Origin: Eledone cirrhosa
Lineage: Eukaryota
DNA length: 64,000 bases
NCBI GenBank assembly: GCA_964016885.1
Contig: OZ024743.1
Location: forward strand, 204,724,001-204,788,000
Reading direction: 5' to 3'
How positions within the stretch are numbered: position 1 is the first letter of the stretch; each line of letters begins with the position of its first letter. Position numbers and translations under genes: made by a program. This document shows, in pieces, positions 12,214-34,200 of the stretch. The notes below the pieces were generated by a model. It was not told where the DNA came from and made no database searches. It saw only the letters and a list, made by a program, of their open reading frames with translations.

Positions 12214-12353
12214 ATATATATATATATATTTAATATATATATATATATATATATATATTTAATATATATATATTTAATATATATATATATATATATATAT
12301 TTAATATATATATATATATATATATTTAATATATATATATATATATATATATA

Positions 12354-12388
<35 letters not shown>

Positions 12389-12389
12389 A

Positions 12390-12429
<40 letters not shown>

Positions 12430-12601
12430 ATACACATATATATGTGTAAATATATATATACACATATATATGTGTAAATATATATATACACATATATACA
12501 CATATATATGTGTAAATATATATATATACATATATATATACACATATATATGTGTAAATATATATATATACATATATATGTATGTATATATATATATATA
12601 T
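6001..12601 (+). repeat. Macrosatellite unit U1 (6601 bp, long variant)
   Basis: Landmark-to-landmark copy with the expanded (A5-8TCCATT)n block at about 6365-6810. Confidence 0.95.
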
Positions 12602-15600
12602 AAACACCATTAAAAACTCCATTGAAAAGCTCATAAAAACTCATTAAAAACCCAATAAAAAGCACACTAAACCACCATTAAAAGCTACATCCGAAACCCA
12701 TTAAAAACTATATTAAAACACCATTAAAATTCCATTAAAAACCACATTAAAATCCATTAAAAATCCAATAAAAAACAGTAAAAACTTAATTGTAAACGTA
12801 ATCGAAAGCGCAAGTAAAACAACATTAAAACCATTTAACACCCCATTAAAACCCACAAAAATACCACCAGAACCCATTAAAATCCCATAACCGCCATTAA
12901 AATTCCATTAAAAATATTATCAAAAACTTCATTTAAAACACACTGGAAACCCATTAAACTTCATAAAAAAATTCATTAAAAAAAATCCATTGAAAAAAAT
13001 CCATTAAAAAAAATCCATTAAAAAAAATCCATTAAAAAAAATCCATTAAAAAAAATCCGTTAAAAAAAATCCATTAAAAAACTCAATCAAAAACCCAATT
13101 AAAAGGCCATAAAAGAAACATTAAAACACCATTTAAAAAACCCATTAAAAAACAATAAAAAAAAAACATTTAAAAAATCCATTAAAAAAATCCATTAAAA
13201 AACCATTAAAAATCCATTAAAAATCCATTAAAAATCCATTAAAAATCCATTAAAAATCCATTAGAAAATCCATTTAAAAAAATCCATTAAAAAAATCCAT
13301 TAAAAAAATCCATTAAAAAAATCCATTTAAAAAATCCACTAAAAAAATCCATTAAAAAAAATCCATTAAAAAAAATCCATTAAAAAAAATCCATTAAAAA
13401 AAATCCATTAAAAAAAATCCATTAAAAAAAAATCCGTTAAAAAAAATCCATTAAAAACTCAATCAAAAACCCAATTAAAAGGCCATAAAAGAAACTTTAA
13501 AATACCATTAAAAACGCCATAAAAAACATTAAAATCCCATTAAAAATACATTAAAGGCCCATTAAAAATTCCACTAAAAACCTCATTGAAAACCCCATTT
13601 AAAACCTAATTAGAAGCTCATAAAAACTCCCAAAACCCAATAAAAAACCATTAAAACGTCATTAAAACGTCATAAAACGCTATTAAAACGTCATTAAAAA
13701 TGTCATTAAAAACTCCATTGATAACTCAATTAAAAACTGCATTTTACCCCCCTCCTCCCCCATTAAAAACACATTAAACACTCCATTAAAATTACCATTA
13801 AAAACCAATTAAATACTCCATTAAACACTATATTAAAACCGCAATTATAAATTCTTTAAAAATCCAATTAAAAACCATATTATAAACTCCATTAAAAATC
13901 CAATTAAAAACCCTACTGAAAATCCCATTATAAAATTACATAAAAACCCATAATAATAGTCCTTTAAAAAACCAATTAAAAATCCTATTAAAACGCCATA
14001 AAAAACACCATTAAAACGTCATTAAAAATACAATTAAAAACACCATTAAAAACTACATTGCAAATTCCATTAAAAGACCCATTAAAAACTCCATTAAAAA
14101 CACCACTAAAAAGCCCATTAAAAAGCTCATAAAACCCATTAAAATACAATCAATAACCAATTAACACTCCATTAAAAACCATTACAACCGTCATTAAAAT
14201 GCCATAAAATACCATTAAAACGCCATTAAGAACGCCATTAAAATCGTCATTAAAAACCTCATTAAAAACTACATTAAAACTTCATTAAAAACTCCATTAA
14301 AACCTCCATTATAAACTCTATTAAACTCCATTAAAACTCAATTAAAGCCCCCATTAAACCCCCATTAAGCCCCATTAAAAGCCCCTGAAAAATGCAACTA
14401 AAAACCAATTTTAAAACCCCATTAAAACACAATTAAAAGTCCATTGGAAACCCCATTAAAATTCCATTAAAAATTCATTAAAAACTTAGTAAAAACTCGA
14501 TTTTATACTCAATTAAAAAGGTAATTGAAAACTCAATTAGCACACCATTAAAAACTCATTAAAAAGCCCATAAAAACTCCATAAAAAATCTAATTGAAAA
14601 ACATTAAAAATTCAGTTAAAAACCCCAATAAAAGTTCATTAAAAAAAACTCCATTAAAAAATCAATCAAAACCCCATTAAAATAACATTGAAACTTATCG
14701 AAGCGTCATTAAGGATACCATTAAAAAACACCATTAAAACGGCATTGAAAACCCATTATAAAAAATTAAAGGGTCCGTAAAAAACACCATTATAAATCCA
14801 TTAAAAACCTAATTGAAAAACCCATTAAAACTCAATTTTAAAACTAGATTAAAAACGCAATTAAAAACGGAATTAAAAGCTCAATGAAAAACCATTAAAA
14901 ACACCATTAAAAACTCTTAAAAAAAGAGCACTAGCCATTAAAACTCCATTAAAACCCATTGAAACCTACTACCCCCATTAAACCCCATTAAAATTGCATT
15001 AAACACATTACACATCCATTAAAGCCCATTAGAAGGACCATCAAATATTTAAATTTAAACTAAATCAGAAACTCGCTTAAAACACCATTAAAAACACATT
15101 AAAATGTCACTAATACCATTAACAACCACACCAAAAACTCCATTAATATACCATTAAAAACCGCATTGAAAACCCATAAAATCCCAAGTAAAGATCTTTT
15201 AAAAAACTACATTAAAAACCCAATTAAAAAACCCATTAAAACGCCATAAAAGTCATTAAAACGTCATTTAAAGTACCATTAAAAACGTCACTAGAAACCC
15301 AATTAAAAACACATTAAAAATTCCATTTGAAACCATATTAAAAATTTCATTAAATGCAATATTGAAAAACCCATTAAAAACACCAGTGAAAACTAATATA
15401 AATACTCAATTAAAAAACCAATTAAAAATCCTATTTAAACGTCACTAAAACACCATAAAACACAATTAAAACGTCATTAAAACACCATTAAAAATTCAAT
15501 TAAAACCCCATTAAAAATCCATTAAAAAGATCATCATGAACGCACTTAAACACCATCAAAAACGCATTAAAAATTAAATTAAAAAGCAATTAATTTTTTT

Positions 15601-17963
15601 TATCAAACCCCCATTAAAATTCCATTAAACACTCCATTAAAAACAACATTGAAAACCCCCATTAAAAGCTCATACAAAATTATATTAAAAACCCAATAAA
15701 AAACAATTACAACGCCATTAAAACATCATAAAAATTCATTAAAATGTCATTTAAAATGCCATTAAAACCCTCACGGGGGGTAACGCAATTAAAAACACCA
15801 TTAGAAATTTCATTAAAAACTCCATTAAAAATCATATTTAAAGTCAATTAGAACCCTTATTATAAATTCCATTAAAACCCATTAAGTATCCAATTGAAAA
15901 ATCCATTAAGAGCTCATTAAAAATACTCCATTAAAAACCCAATTAAAAATCATTAAAACGCATTTAAACACCATAAAAACACAATTAAAACGCCATTAAA
16001 AACTCCATTAAAACATCCTTGAATCTATTAAAAATTTCATTAAAAACGCAATCAAAAATTCCATTAAAAACCCATTTAAAAACTCATAAACAACACCATT
16101 GAAAACCCAATTAAAAACTCCATAAAAAACCCATTAAACACCATCGAAAATCCCATTAAAACACCATTAAAAAGCCATTAAAACCCAATTTTAAACGCAA
16201 TTAAAAACTGAATTAAAACACTATTAAAAACTCATTAAAAAAGGCTCATAAATAATGGGGTTTTCAATTGTTTTTTATGAAATTTATAATATGGCTTTTA
16301 ATGAACTTTTTAATGGGCTTTTAGTGGAGTTTTTAATGGATTTTTATGGAATTTTTAATGACATTATTAATGGTTTTTTAGTTGGGCTTTTTGTGATGTT
16401 TTAATGGCGTTTTTATGACATTTTATTGTGTTTTGTGGCGTTTTAATGGCGTTTTAATTGGTTTGTTATTGGGTTTTTAATAGAGTTTTATGAACTTTTA
16501 ATATGGGGTTAATGGGTTTTGAATGTGTTTTCAATGGAACTTTTAATTGAGTTTTTAATGAAATTTCTAATGGGATGTGTAATTGAATTTTTAATTGGTT
16601 TTTAATGGGTTTAGTGGGTTTATAGTGGAGTTTTTAATGGTGTTTTAATGGTGCTTCGATTGAGTTTTTAATTGAGTTTTTAATTGAGTTTTTACTGAGT
16701 TTTTAATTGAGTTCTTATTTTATTTTATTTTATTTATTTTTTATATTTAATTTTTTTTTATTTTTTTTTATTTTATTTTATTTTTATTTATTTTATTTTA
16801 TTTTATTTTATTTTATTTATTTTATTTTATTTTATTTATATTTTTTAGTTTTTTTTATTTTATTTTATTTTATTTTTTTTTATTTTATTTTATTTTATTT
16901 TATTTTATTTTATTTTATTTTATTTTATTTTTTATTTTATTTTATTTTATTTTATTTTATTTTATTTTATTTTATTTTATTTTATTTTATTTTATTTTAT
17001 TTTATTTTATTTTATTGAGTTTTTAATTTAGTTTATAATTTAGTTTATAACTTAGTTTATAATTTAGTTTATTTCTCCCTCTTCTCCCCCTACTGTCCTC
17101 TACAGCCAGATCTGCCTTTCTTTACCCCTCCCAAGTCTCTTCCCTCTTCTCCCCCTACTGTCCTCTACAGCCTGATCTGCCTTTCTTTACCCCTCCCTAG
17201 TCTCTTCATTATTCAGTTTTGTTTTTATCTTTCTAAAACATCCTAGTTTTAATGAAATTAAAAGGAAATAGCAATCGCTATAAGTGTGCAAGCCAGCATG
17301 TAACTTCATGTGTGTGTGTTTTTAATGGAGTTTTTAATTGAGTTTTAATGGAGTTTTAATTGAGTTTATAATGGAGATTTAAATGGAATTTTTAATTGAG
17401 TTTTAATGTAGTTTTAATGGTGTTTTATGCCGTTTTAATGGTATTTTAATGGGGTTTTTATTTGGTTTTTTATAAAGTTTTGGGTGCGCTTTTAATGGGG
17501 GTTTAATGGGTTTTCAGTGTAGTTTTTAATGACATTTTTAATGGTTTTCCAATGGAACCTTAGTGGTGTGTTAATGCAATTTTAATTGGTTTAATGGGCT
17601 TTTAATTGTGTTTTTAATGGTGTTTTAATTGAGTTTTTAATTGCGTTTTAATTGAGTTTTTATTTCGGTTTAAATTTGAGGTTTTAATGTCTTTTCGAGG
17701 GGGGGTTAATGGGGGTTTTAATGGAGTTTTAATGGGCACTTTTAATGGAAACTTTAATTTTGTTTTAATTGGGTTTTTATGGGTTTCCAATGTGGTTTTT
17801 AATGGCGCTTTTATTGGCATTCTTAATGATGTTTTAATTGTGTTTTAATGGGGGGTTTGGTTGGGGTTTTAATGGAGTGTTTTATGAGCTTATAATGGGG
17901 TTTTTAATGGGTTTTTCAAAATAGATTTTTAATTGAATTTTTAATGTGGTTTTTAATGGGATT

Positions 17964-18010
<47 letters not shown>

Positions 18011-18073
18011 GTGTGTGTGTATATATATATATATAGTGTGTATGTATATATATATATATATATAGTGTGTGCG

Positions 18074-18105
<32 letters not shown>

Positions 18106-18689
18106 ACACAAATATTAGCATATACATATTTTCTTAGTAATTGAGGATGTGTTTTTTATACATACATATGCATATTGCATCCATACATACACACATACAA
18201 GCATATACATACACATACACACACATATATATACACACACTGTATATATATACATACACACACACACATATATATATATACACCACACACTATATATATA
18301 TATAGTGTGTGTGTGTATATATATATGTGTGTGTGTGTGTATGTATATATATATATACAGTGTGTGTATATATGTGTGTGTGTATGTCTATGTATATGCT
18401 TGTATGTGTGTATATATGTATGTATGCAATATGCATATATAAAAACACATCCTCAATGACTAAGAAATTATGTATATGCTAATATTTGTGTTAGTGTCTA
18501 TATAAATGTATGTATGTAGTATATGCAAGTGTTCGTGCAAATTGAAAATAGATTTAATAATTTTAATATCTAGAACAATGTGATCTAAAAAAAATATTTT
18601 TTAAGATACGAATATATCGTTGTCAGCTTAATATGGCACTAACGCAAAATATAAATCCCAGTTTATATATAGTGTGTAACATGAAAGTG

Positions 18690-18728
<39 letters not shown>

Positions 18729-18968
18729 ATATATATATATATATATATATATTTAATATATATATATATATATATATATATTTAATATATATATATATAT
18801 ATATATATTTAATATATATATATATATATATATTTAATATATATATATATATATATATATTTAATATATATATATATATATATTTAATATATATATATAT
18901 ATATATATTTAATATATATATATATATATATATATTTAATATATATATATATATTTATATATATTTAA

Positions 18969-19008
<40 letters not shown>

Positions 19009-19144
19009 ATACACATATATATGTGTAAATATATATATACACATATATATGTGTAAATATATATATACACATATATATATACACATATATATGTGTAAAT
19101 ATATATATATACATATATATGTATGTATGTATATATATATATAT
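12602..19144 (+). repeat. Macrosatellite unit U2 (6543 bp, long variant)
   Basis: Landmark-to-landmark copy with the expanded block at about 12965-13455. Confidence 0.95.
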
Positions 19145-25170
<6,026 letters not shown>

Positions 25171-28100
25171 AAACACCATTAAAAACTCCATTGAAAAGCT
25201 CATAAAAACTCATTAAAAACCCAATAAAAAGCACACTAAACCACCATTAAAAGCTACATCCGAAACCCATTAAAAACTATATTAAAACACCATTAAAATT
25301 CCATTAAAAACCACATTAAAATCCATTAAAAATCCAATTAAAAACAGTAAAAACTTAATTGTAAACGTAATCGAAAGCGCAAGTAAAACAACATTAAAAC
25401 CATTTAACACCCCATTAAAACCCACAAAAATACCACCAGAACCCATTAAAATCCCATAACCGCCATTAAAATGCCATTAAAAATATTATCAAAAACTTCA
25501 TTTAAAACACACTGGAAACCCATTAAACTTCATAATTCTCGTTAAAAAAAATCCATTAAAAACTCAATCAAAAACCCAATTAAAAGGCCATAAAAGAAAC
25601 ATTAAAACAGCATTTAAAATACCATTAAAAACGCCATAAAAAACATTAAAATCCCATTAAAAATACATTAAAGGCCCATTAAAAATTCCACTAAAAACCT
25701 CATTGAAAACCCCATTTAAAACCTAATTAGAAGCTCATAGAAACTCCCAAAACCCAATAAAAAAACCATTAAAACGTCATTAAAACGTCATAAAACGCTA
25801 TTAAAACGTCATTAAAAATGTCATTAAAAACTCCATTGATAACTCAATTAAAAACTGCATTTTACCCCCCTCCTCCCCCATTAAAAACACATTAAACACT
25901 CCATTAAAATTACCATTAAAAACCAATTAAATACTCCATTAAACACTATATTAAAACCGCAATTATAAATTCTTTAAAAATCCAATTAAAAACCATATTA
26001 TAAACTCCATTAAAAATCCAATTAAAAACCCTACTGAAAATCCCATTATAAAATTACATAAAAAACCCATAATAATAGTCCTTTAAAAAACCAATTAAAA
26101 ATCCTATTAAAACGCCATAAAAAACACCATTAAAACGTCATTAAAAATACAATTGAAAACACCATTAAAAACTACATTGCAAATTCCATTAAAAGACCCA
26201 TTAAAAACTCCATTAAAAGCACCACTAAAAAGTCCATTAAAAAGCTCATAAAACCCATTAAAATACAATTAATAACCAATTAACACTCCAATAAAAACCA
26301 TTACAACAGTCATTAAAATGCCATAAAATACCATTAAAACGCCATTAAGAACGCCATTAAAATCGTCATTAAAAACCTCATTAAAAACTACATTAAAACT
26401 TCATTAAAAACTCCATTAAAACCTCCATTATAAACTCTATTAAACTCCATTAAAAACTCAATTAAATCCCCCATTAAACCCCCATTAAGCCCCATTAAAA
26501 GCCCCTGAAAATGCAACTAAAAACCAATTTTAAAACCCCATTAAAACACAATTAAAAGTCCATTGGAAACCCCATTAAAATTCCATTAAAAATTCATTAA
26601 AAACTTAGTAAAAACTCGATTTTATACTCAATTAAAAAGGTAATTGAAAACTCAATTAGCACACCATTAAAAACTCATTAAAAAGCCCATAAAAACTCCA
26701 TAAAAAATCTAATTGAAAAACATTAAAAATTCAGTTAAAAACCTGATTGAAAACCCCAATAAAAGTTCATTAAAAAAACTCCATTAAAAAATCAATCAAA
26801 ACCCCATTAAAATAACATTGAAACTTATCGAAGCGTCATTAAGGATACCATTAAAAAACACCATTAAAACGGCATTGAAAACCCATTATAAAAAATTAAA
26901 GGGTCCGTAAAAAACACCATTATAAATCCATTAAAAACCTAATTGAAAAACCCATTAAAACTCAATTTTTAAACTAGATTAAAAACGCAATTAAAAACGC
27001 AATTAAAAGCTCAATGAAAAACCATTAAAAACACCATTAAAAACTCTTTAAAAAAGAGCACTAGCCATTAAAACTCCATTAAAACACATTGAAACCTACT
27101 ACCCCCATTAAACCCCATTAAAATTGCATTAAACACATTACACATCCATTAAAGCCCATTAGAAGGACCATCAAATATTTAAATTTAAACTAAATCAGAA
27201 ACTCGCTTAAAACACCATTAAAAACACATTAAAATGTCACTAATACCATTAACAACCACACCAAAAACTCCATTAATATACCATTAAAAACCGCATTGAA
27301 AACCCATAAAATCCCAAGTAAAGATCTTTTAAAAAACTACATTAAAAACCCAATTAAAAAACCCATTAAAACGCCATAAAAGTCATTAAAACGTCATTTA
27401 AAGTACCATTAAAAACGTCACTAGAAACCCAATTAAAAACACATTAAAAATTCCATTTGAAACCATATTAAAAATTTCATTAAATGCAATATTGAAAAAC
27501 CCATTAAAAACACCAGTGAAAACTCATATAAATACTCAATTAAAAAACCAATTAAAAATCCTATTTAAACGTCACTAAAACACCATAAAAAAACACAATT
27601 AAAACGTCATTAAAACACCATTAAACTATCATTAAAAATTACATTGAAAACACCATTAAAAATTCAATTAAAACCCCATTAAAAATCCATTAAAAAGATC
27701 ATCATGAACGCACTTAAACACCATCAAAAACGCATTAAAAATTAAATTAAAAAGCAATTAATTTTTTTTATCAAACCCCCATTAAAATTCCATTAAACAC
27801 TCCATTAAAAACAACATTGAAAACCCCCCATTAAAAGCTCATACAAAATTATATTAAAAACCCAATAAAAAACAATTACAACGCCATTAAAACATCATAA
27901 AAACTCATTAAAATGTCATTTAAAATGCCATTAAAACCCTCACGGGGGGAAACGCAATTAAAAACACCATTAGAAATTTCATTAAAAACTCCATTAAAAA
28001 TCATATTTAAAGTCAATTAGAACCCTTATTATAAATTCCATTAAAACCCATTAAGTATCCAATTGAAAAATCCATTAAGAGCTCATTAAAAATACTCCAT

Positions 28101-30091
28101 TAAAAACCCAATTAAAAATCATTAAAACGCATTTAAACACCATAAAAACACAATTAAAACGCCATTAAAAAGACCATTAAAAACTCCATTAAAACATCCT
28201 TGAATCTATTAAAAATTTCATTAAAAACGCAATCAAAAATTCCATTAAAAACCCATTTAAAAACTCATAAACAACACCATTGAAAACCCAATTAAAAACT
28301 CCATAAAAAACCCATTAAACACCATCGAAAATCCCATTAAAATTCCATTAAAACACCATTAAAAAGCCATTAAAACCCAATTTTAAACGCAATTAAAAAC
28401 TGAATTAAAACACTATTAAAAACTCATAAAAAAGGCTCATAAATAATGGGGTTTTCAATTGTTTTTTATGAAATTTATAATATGGCTTTTAATGAACTTT
28501 TTAATGGGCTTTTAGTGGAGTTTTTAATGGATTTTTATGGAATTTTTAATGACATTATTAATGGTTTTTTAGTTGGGCTTTTTGTGATGTTTTAATGGCG
28601 TTTTTATGACATTTTATTGTGTTTTGTGGCGTTTTAATGGCGTTTTAATTGGTTTGTTATTGGGTTTTTAATAGAGTTTTATGAACTTTTAATATGGGGT
28701 TAATGGGTTTTGAATGTGTTTTCAATGGAACTTTTAATTGAGTTTTTAATGAAATTTCTAATGGGATGTGTAATTGAATTTTTAATTGGTTTTTAATGGG
28801 TTTAGTGGGTTTATAGTGGAGTTTTTAATGGTGTTTTAATGGTGCTTCGATTGAGTTTTTAATTGAGTTTTTAATTGAGTTTTTACTGAGTTTTTAATTG
28901 AGTTCTTATTTTATTTTATTTTATTTATTTTTTATATTTAATTTTTTTTTATTTTTTTTTTATTTTATTTTATTTTTATTTATTTTATTTTATTTTATTT
29001 TATTTTATTTTATTTATTTTATTTTATTTTATTTATATTTTTTAGTTTTTTTTATTTTATTTTATTTTATTTTTTTTTATTTTTTTTTATTTTATTTTAT
29101 TTTATTTTATTTTATTTTATTTTATTTTATTTTATTTTATTTTATTTTATTTTATTTTATTTTATTTTATTTTATTTTATTTTATTTTATTGAGTTTTTA
29201 ATTTAGTTTATAATTTAGTTTATAACTTAGTTTATAATTTAGTTTATTTCTCCCTCTTCTCCCCCTACTGTCCTCTACAGCCAGATCTGCCTTTCTTTAC
29301 CCCTCCCAAGTCTCTTCCCTCTTCTCCCCCTACTGTCCTCTACAGCCTGATCTGCCTTTCTTTACCCCTCCCTAGTCTCTTCATTATTCAGTTTTGTTTT
29401 TATCTTTCTAAAACATCCTAGTTTTAATGAAATTAAAAGGAAATAGCAATCGCTATAAGTGTGCAAGCCAGCATGTAACTTCATGTGTGTGTGTTTTTAA
29501 TGGAGTTTTTAATTGAGTTTTAATGGAGTTTTAATTGAGTTTATAATGGAGATTTAAATGGAATTTTTAATTGAGTTTTAATGTAGTTTTAATGGTGTTT
29601 TATGCCGTTTTAATGGTATTTTAATGGGGTTTTTATTTGGTTTTTTATAAAGTTTTGGGCGCGCTTTTAATAGGGGTTTAATGGGTTTTCAGTGTAGTTT
29701 TTAATGACATTTTTAATGGTTTTCCAATGGAACCTTAGTGGTGTGTTAATGCAATTTTAATTGGCTTAATGGGCTTTTAATTGTGTTTTTAATGGTGTTT
29801 TAATTGAGGTTTTAATGTCTTTTCGAGGGGGGTTTAATGGGGGTTTTAATGGAGTTTTAATGGGGACTTTTAATGGAAACTTTAATTTTGTTTTAATTGG
29901 GTTTTTATGGGTTTCCAATGTGGTTTTTAATGGCGCTTTTATTGGCATTCTTAATGATGTTTTAATTGTGTTTTAATGGGGGGTTTGGTTGGGGTTTTAA
30001 TGGAGTGTTTTATGAGCTTATAATGGGGTTTTTAATGGGTTTTTCAAAATAGATTTTTAATTGAATTTTTAATGTGGTTTTTAATGGGATT

Positions 30092-30136
<45 letters not shown>

Positions 30137-30207
30137 AATATATAGTGTGTGTGTATATATATATATATAGTGTGTATGTATATATATATATATATATAGT
30201 GTGTGCG

Positions 30208-30241
<34 letters not shown>

Positions 30242-30834
30242 ACACAAATATTAGCATATACATATTTTCTTAGTAATTGAGGATGTGTTTTTTATACATA
30301 CATATGCATATTGCATCCATACATACACACATACAAGCATATACATACACATACACACACATATATATACACACACTGTATATATATACATACACACACA
30401 CACATATATATATATACACCACACACTATATATATATATAGTGTGTGTGTGTATATATATATGTGTGTGTGTGTGTATGTATATATATATATACAGTGTG
30501 TGTATATATGTGTGTGTGTATGTCTATGTATATGCTTGTATGTGTGTATGTATGTATGTATGCAATATGCATATGTATGTATAAAAACACATCCTCAATG
30601 ACTAAGAAATTATGTATATGCTAATATTTGTGTTAGTGTCTATATAAATGTATGTATGTAGTATATGCAAGTGTTCGTGCAAATTGAAAATAGATTTAAT
30701 AATTTTAATAATATCTAGAACAATGTGATCTAAAAAAAATATTTTTTAAGATACGAATATATCGTTGTCAGCTTAATATGGCACTAACGCAAAATATAAA
30801 TCCCAGTTTATATATAGTGTGTAACATGAAAGTG

Positions 30835-30871
<37 letters not shown>

Positions 30872-31036
30872 ATATATATATATATATATATTTAATATAT
30901 ATATATATATATATATATATTTAATATATATATATATATATATATATTTAATATATATATATATATATATATATTTAATATATATATATATATATATATA
31001 TTTAATATATATATATATATATTTATATATATTTAA

Positions 31037-31078
<42 letters not shown>

Positions 31079-31212
31079 ATACACATATATATGTGTAAAT
31101 ATATATATACACATATATATGTGTAAATATATATATACACATATATATATACACATATATATGTGTAAATATATATATATACATATATATGTATGTATAT
31201 ATATATATATAT
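25171..31212 (+). repeat. Macrosatellite unit U4 (6042 bp, short variant)
   Basis: Landmark-to-landmark copy with a private deletion near 29805. Confidence 0.95.
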
Positions 31213-34200
31213 AAACACCATTAAAAACTCCATTGAAAAGCTCATAAAAACTCATTAAAAACCCAATAAAAGGCACACTAAACCACCATTAAAAGCTACA
31301 TCCGAAACCCATTAAAAACTATATTAAAACACCATTAAAATTCCATTAAAAACCACATTAAAATCCATTAAAAATCCAATTAAAAACAGTAAAAACTTAA
31401 TTGTAAACGTAATCGAAAGCGCAAGTAAAACAACATTAAAACCATTTAACACCCCATTAAAACCCACAAAAATACCACCAGAACCCATTAAAATCCCATA
31501 ACCGCCATTAAAATTCCATTAAAAATATTATCAAAAACTTCATTTAAACACACTGGAAACCCATTAAACTTCATAATTCTCGTTAAAAAAAAATCATTAA
31601 AAACTCAATCAAAAACCCAATTAAAAGGCCATAAAAGAAACATTAAAACAGCATTTAAAATACCATTAAAAACGCCATAAAAAACATTAAAATCCCATTA
31701 AAAATACATTAAAGGCCCATTAAAAATTCCACTAAAAACCTCATTGAAAACCCCATTTAAAACCTAATTAGAAGCTCATAAAAACTCCCAAAACCCCCAA
31801 AAAAAACAATTAAAATGTCATTAAAACGTCATAAAACGCTATTAAAACGTCATTAAAAATGTCATTAAAAACTCCATTGATAACTCAATTAAAAACTGCA
31901 TTTTACCCCCCTCCTCCCCCATTAAAAACACATTAAACACTCCATTAAAATTACCATTAAAAACCAATTAAATACTCCATTAAACACTATATTAAAACCG
32001 CAATTATAAATTCTTTAAAAATCCAATTAAAAACCATATTATAAACTCCATTAAAAATCCAATTAAAAACCCTACTGAAAATCCCATTATAAAATTACAT
32101 AAAAAACCCATAATAATAGTCCTTAAAAAAAACAATTAAAAATCCTATTAAAACGCCATAAAAAACACCATTAAAACGTCATTAAAAATACAATTGAAAA
32201 CACCATTAAAAACTACATTGCAAATTCCATTAAAAGACCCATTAAAAACTCCATTAAAAACACCACTAAAAAGTCCATTAAAAAGCTCATAAAACCCATT
32301 AAAATACAATTAATAACCAATTAACACTCCATTAAAAACCATTACAACCGTCATTAAAATGCCATAAAATACCATTAAAACGCCATTAAGAACGCCATTA
32401 AAATCGTCATTAAAAACCTCATTAAAAACTACATTAAAACTTCATTAAAAACTCCATTAAAACCTCCATTATAAACTCTATTAAACTCCATTAAAAACTC
32501 AATTAAATCCCCCATTAAACCCCCATTAAGCCCCATTAAAAGCCCCTGAAAAATGCAACTAAAAACAAATTTTAAAACCCCATTAAAACACAATTAAAAG
32601 TCCATTGGAAACCCCATTAAAATTCCATTAAAAATTCATTAAAAACTTAGTAAAAACTCGTTTTTATACTCAATTAAAAAGGTAATTGAAAACTCAATTA
32701 GCACACCATTAAAAACTCATTAAAAAGCCCATAAAAACTCCATAAAAAATCTAATTGAAAAACATTAAAAATTCAGTTAAAAACCTGATTGAAAACCCCA
32801 ATAAAAGTTCATTAAAAAAACTCCATTAAAAAATCAATCAAAACCCCATTAAAATAACATTGAAACTTATCGAAGCGTCATTAAGGATACCATTAAAAAC
32901 ACCATTAAAACGGCATTGAAAACCCATTATAAAAAATTAAAGGGTCCGTAAAAAACACCATTATAAATCCATTAAAAACCTAATTGAAAAACCCATTAAA
33001 ACTCAATTTTTAAACTAGATTAAAAACGCAATTAAAAACGCAATTAAAAGCTCAATGAAAAACCATTAAAAACACCATTAAAAACTCTAAAAAAAAAAGA
33101 GCACTAGCCATTAAAACTCCATTAAAACCCATTGAAACCTACTACCCCCATTAAACCCCATTAAAATTGCATTAAACACATTACACATCCATTAAAGCCC
33201 ATTAGAAGGACCATCAAATATTTAAATTTAAACTAAATCAGAAACTCGCTTAAAACACCATTAAAAACACATTAAAATGTCACTAATACCATTAACAACC
33301 ACACCAAAAACTCCATTAATATACCATTAAAAACCGCATTGAAAACCCATAAAATCCCAAGTAAAGATCTTTTAAAAAACTACATTAAAAACCCAATTAA
33401 AAAACCCATTAAAACGCCATAAAAGTCATTAAAACGTCATTTAAAGTACCATTAAAAACGTCACTAGAAACCCAATTAAAAACACATTAAAAATTCCATT
33501 TGAAACCATATTAAAAATTTCATTAAATGCAATATTGAAAAACCCATTAAAAACACCAGTGAAAACTCATATAAATACTCAATTAAAAAACCAATTAAAA
33601 ATCCTATTTAAACGTCACTAAAACACCATAAAAAAACACAATTAAAACGTCATTAAAACACCATTAAACTATCATTAAAAATTACATTGAAAACACCATT
33701 AAAAATTCAATTAAAACCCCATTAAAAATCCATTAAAAAGATCATCATGAACGCACTTAAACACCATCAAAAACGCATTAAAAATTAAATTAAAAAGCAA
33801 TTAATTTTTTTTATCAAACCCCCATTAAAATTCCATTAAACACGCCATTAAAAACAACATTGAAAACCCCCATTAAAAGCTCATACAAAATTATATTAAA
33901 AACCCAATAAAAAACAATTACAACGCCATTAAAACATCATAAAAACTCATTAAAATGTCATTTAAAATGCCATTAAAACCCTCACGGGGGGAAACGCAAT
34001 TAAAAACACCATTAGAAATTTCATTAAAAACTCCATTAAAAATCATATTTAAAGTCAATTAGAACCCTTATTATAAATTCCATTAAAACCCATTAAGTAT
34101 CCAATTGAAAAATCCATTAAGAGCTCATTAAAAATACTCCATTAAAAACCCAATTAAAAATCATTAAAACGCATTTAAACACCATAAAAACACAATTAAA

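Noticed and set aside
6001-12601. Hammerhead within the macrosatellite unit itself (as in newt or schistosome satellites)
   Set aside because: No CTGANGA core was noticed on either strand in the complex parts of the unit. This was a visual scan only.
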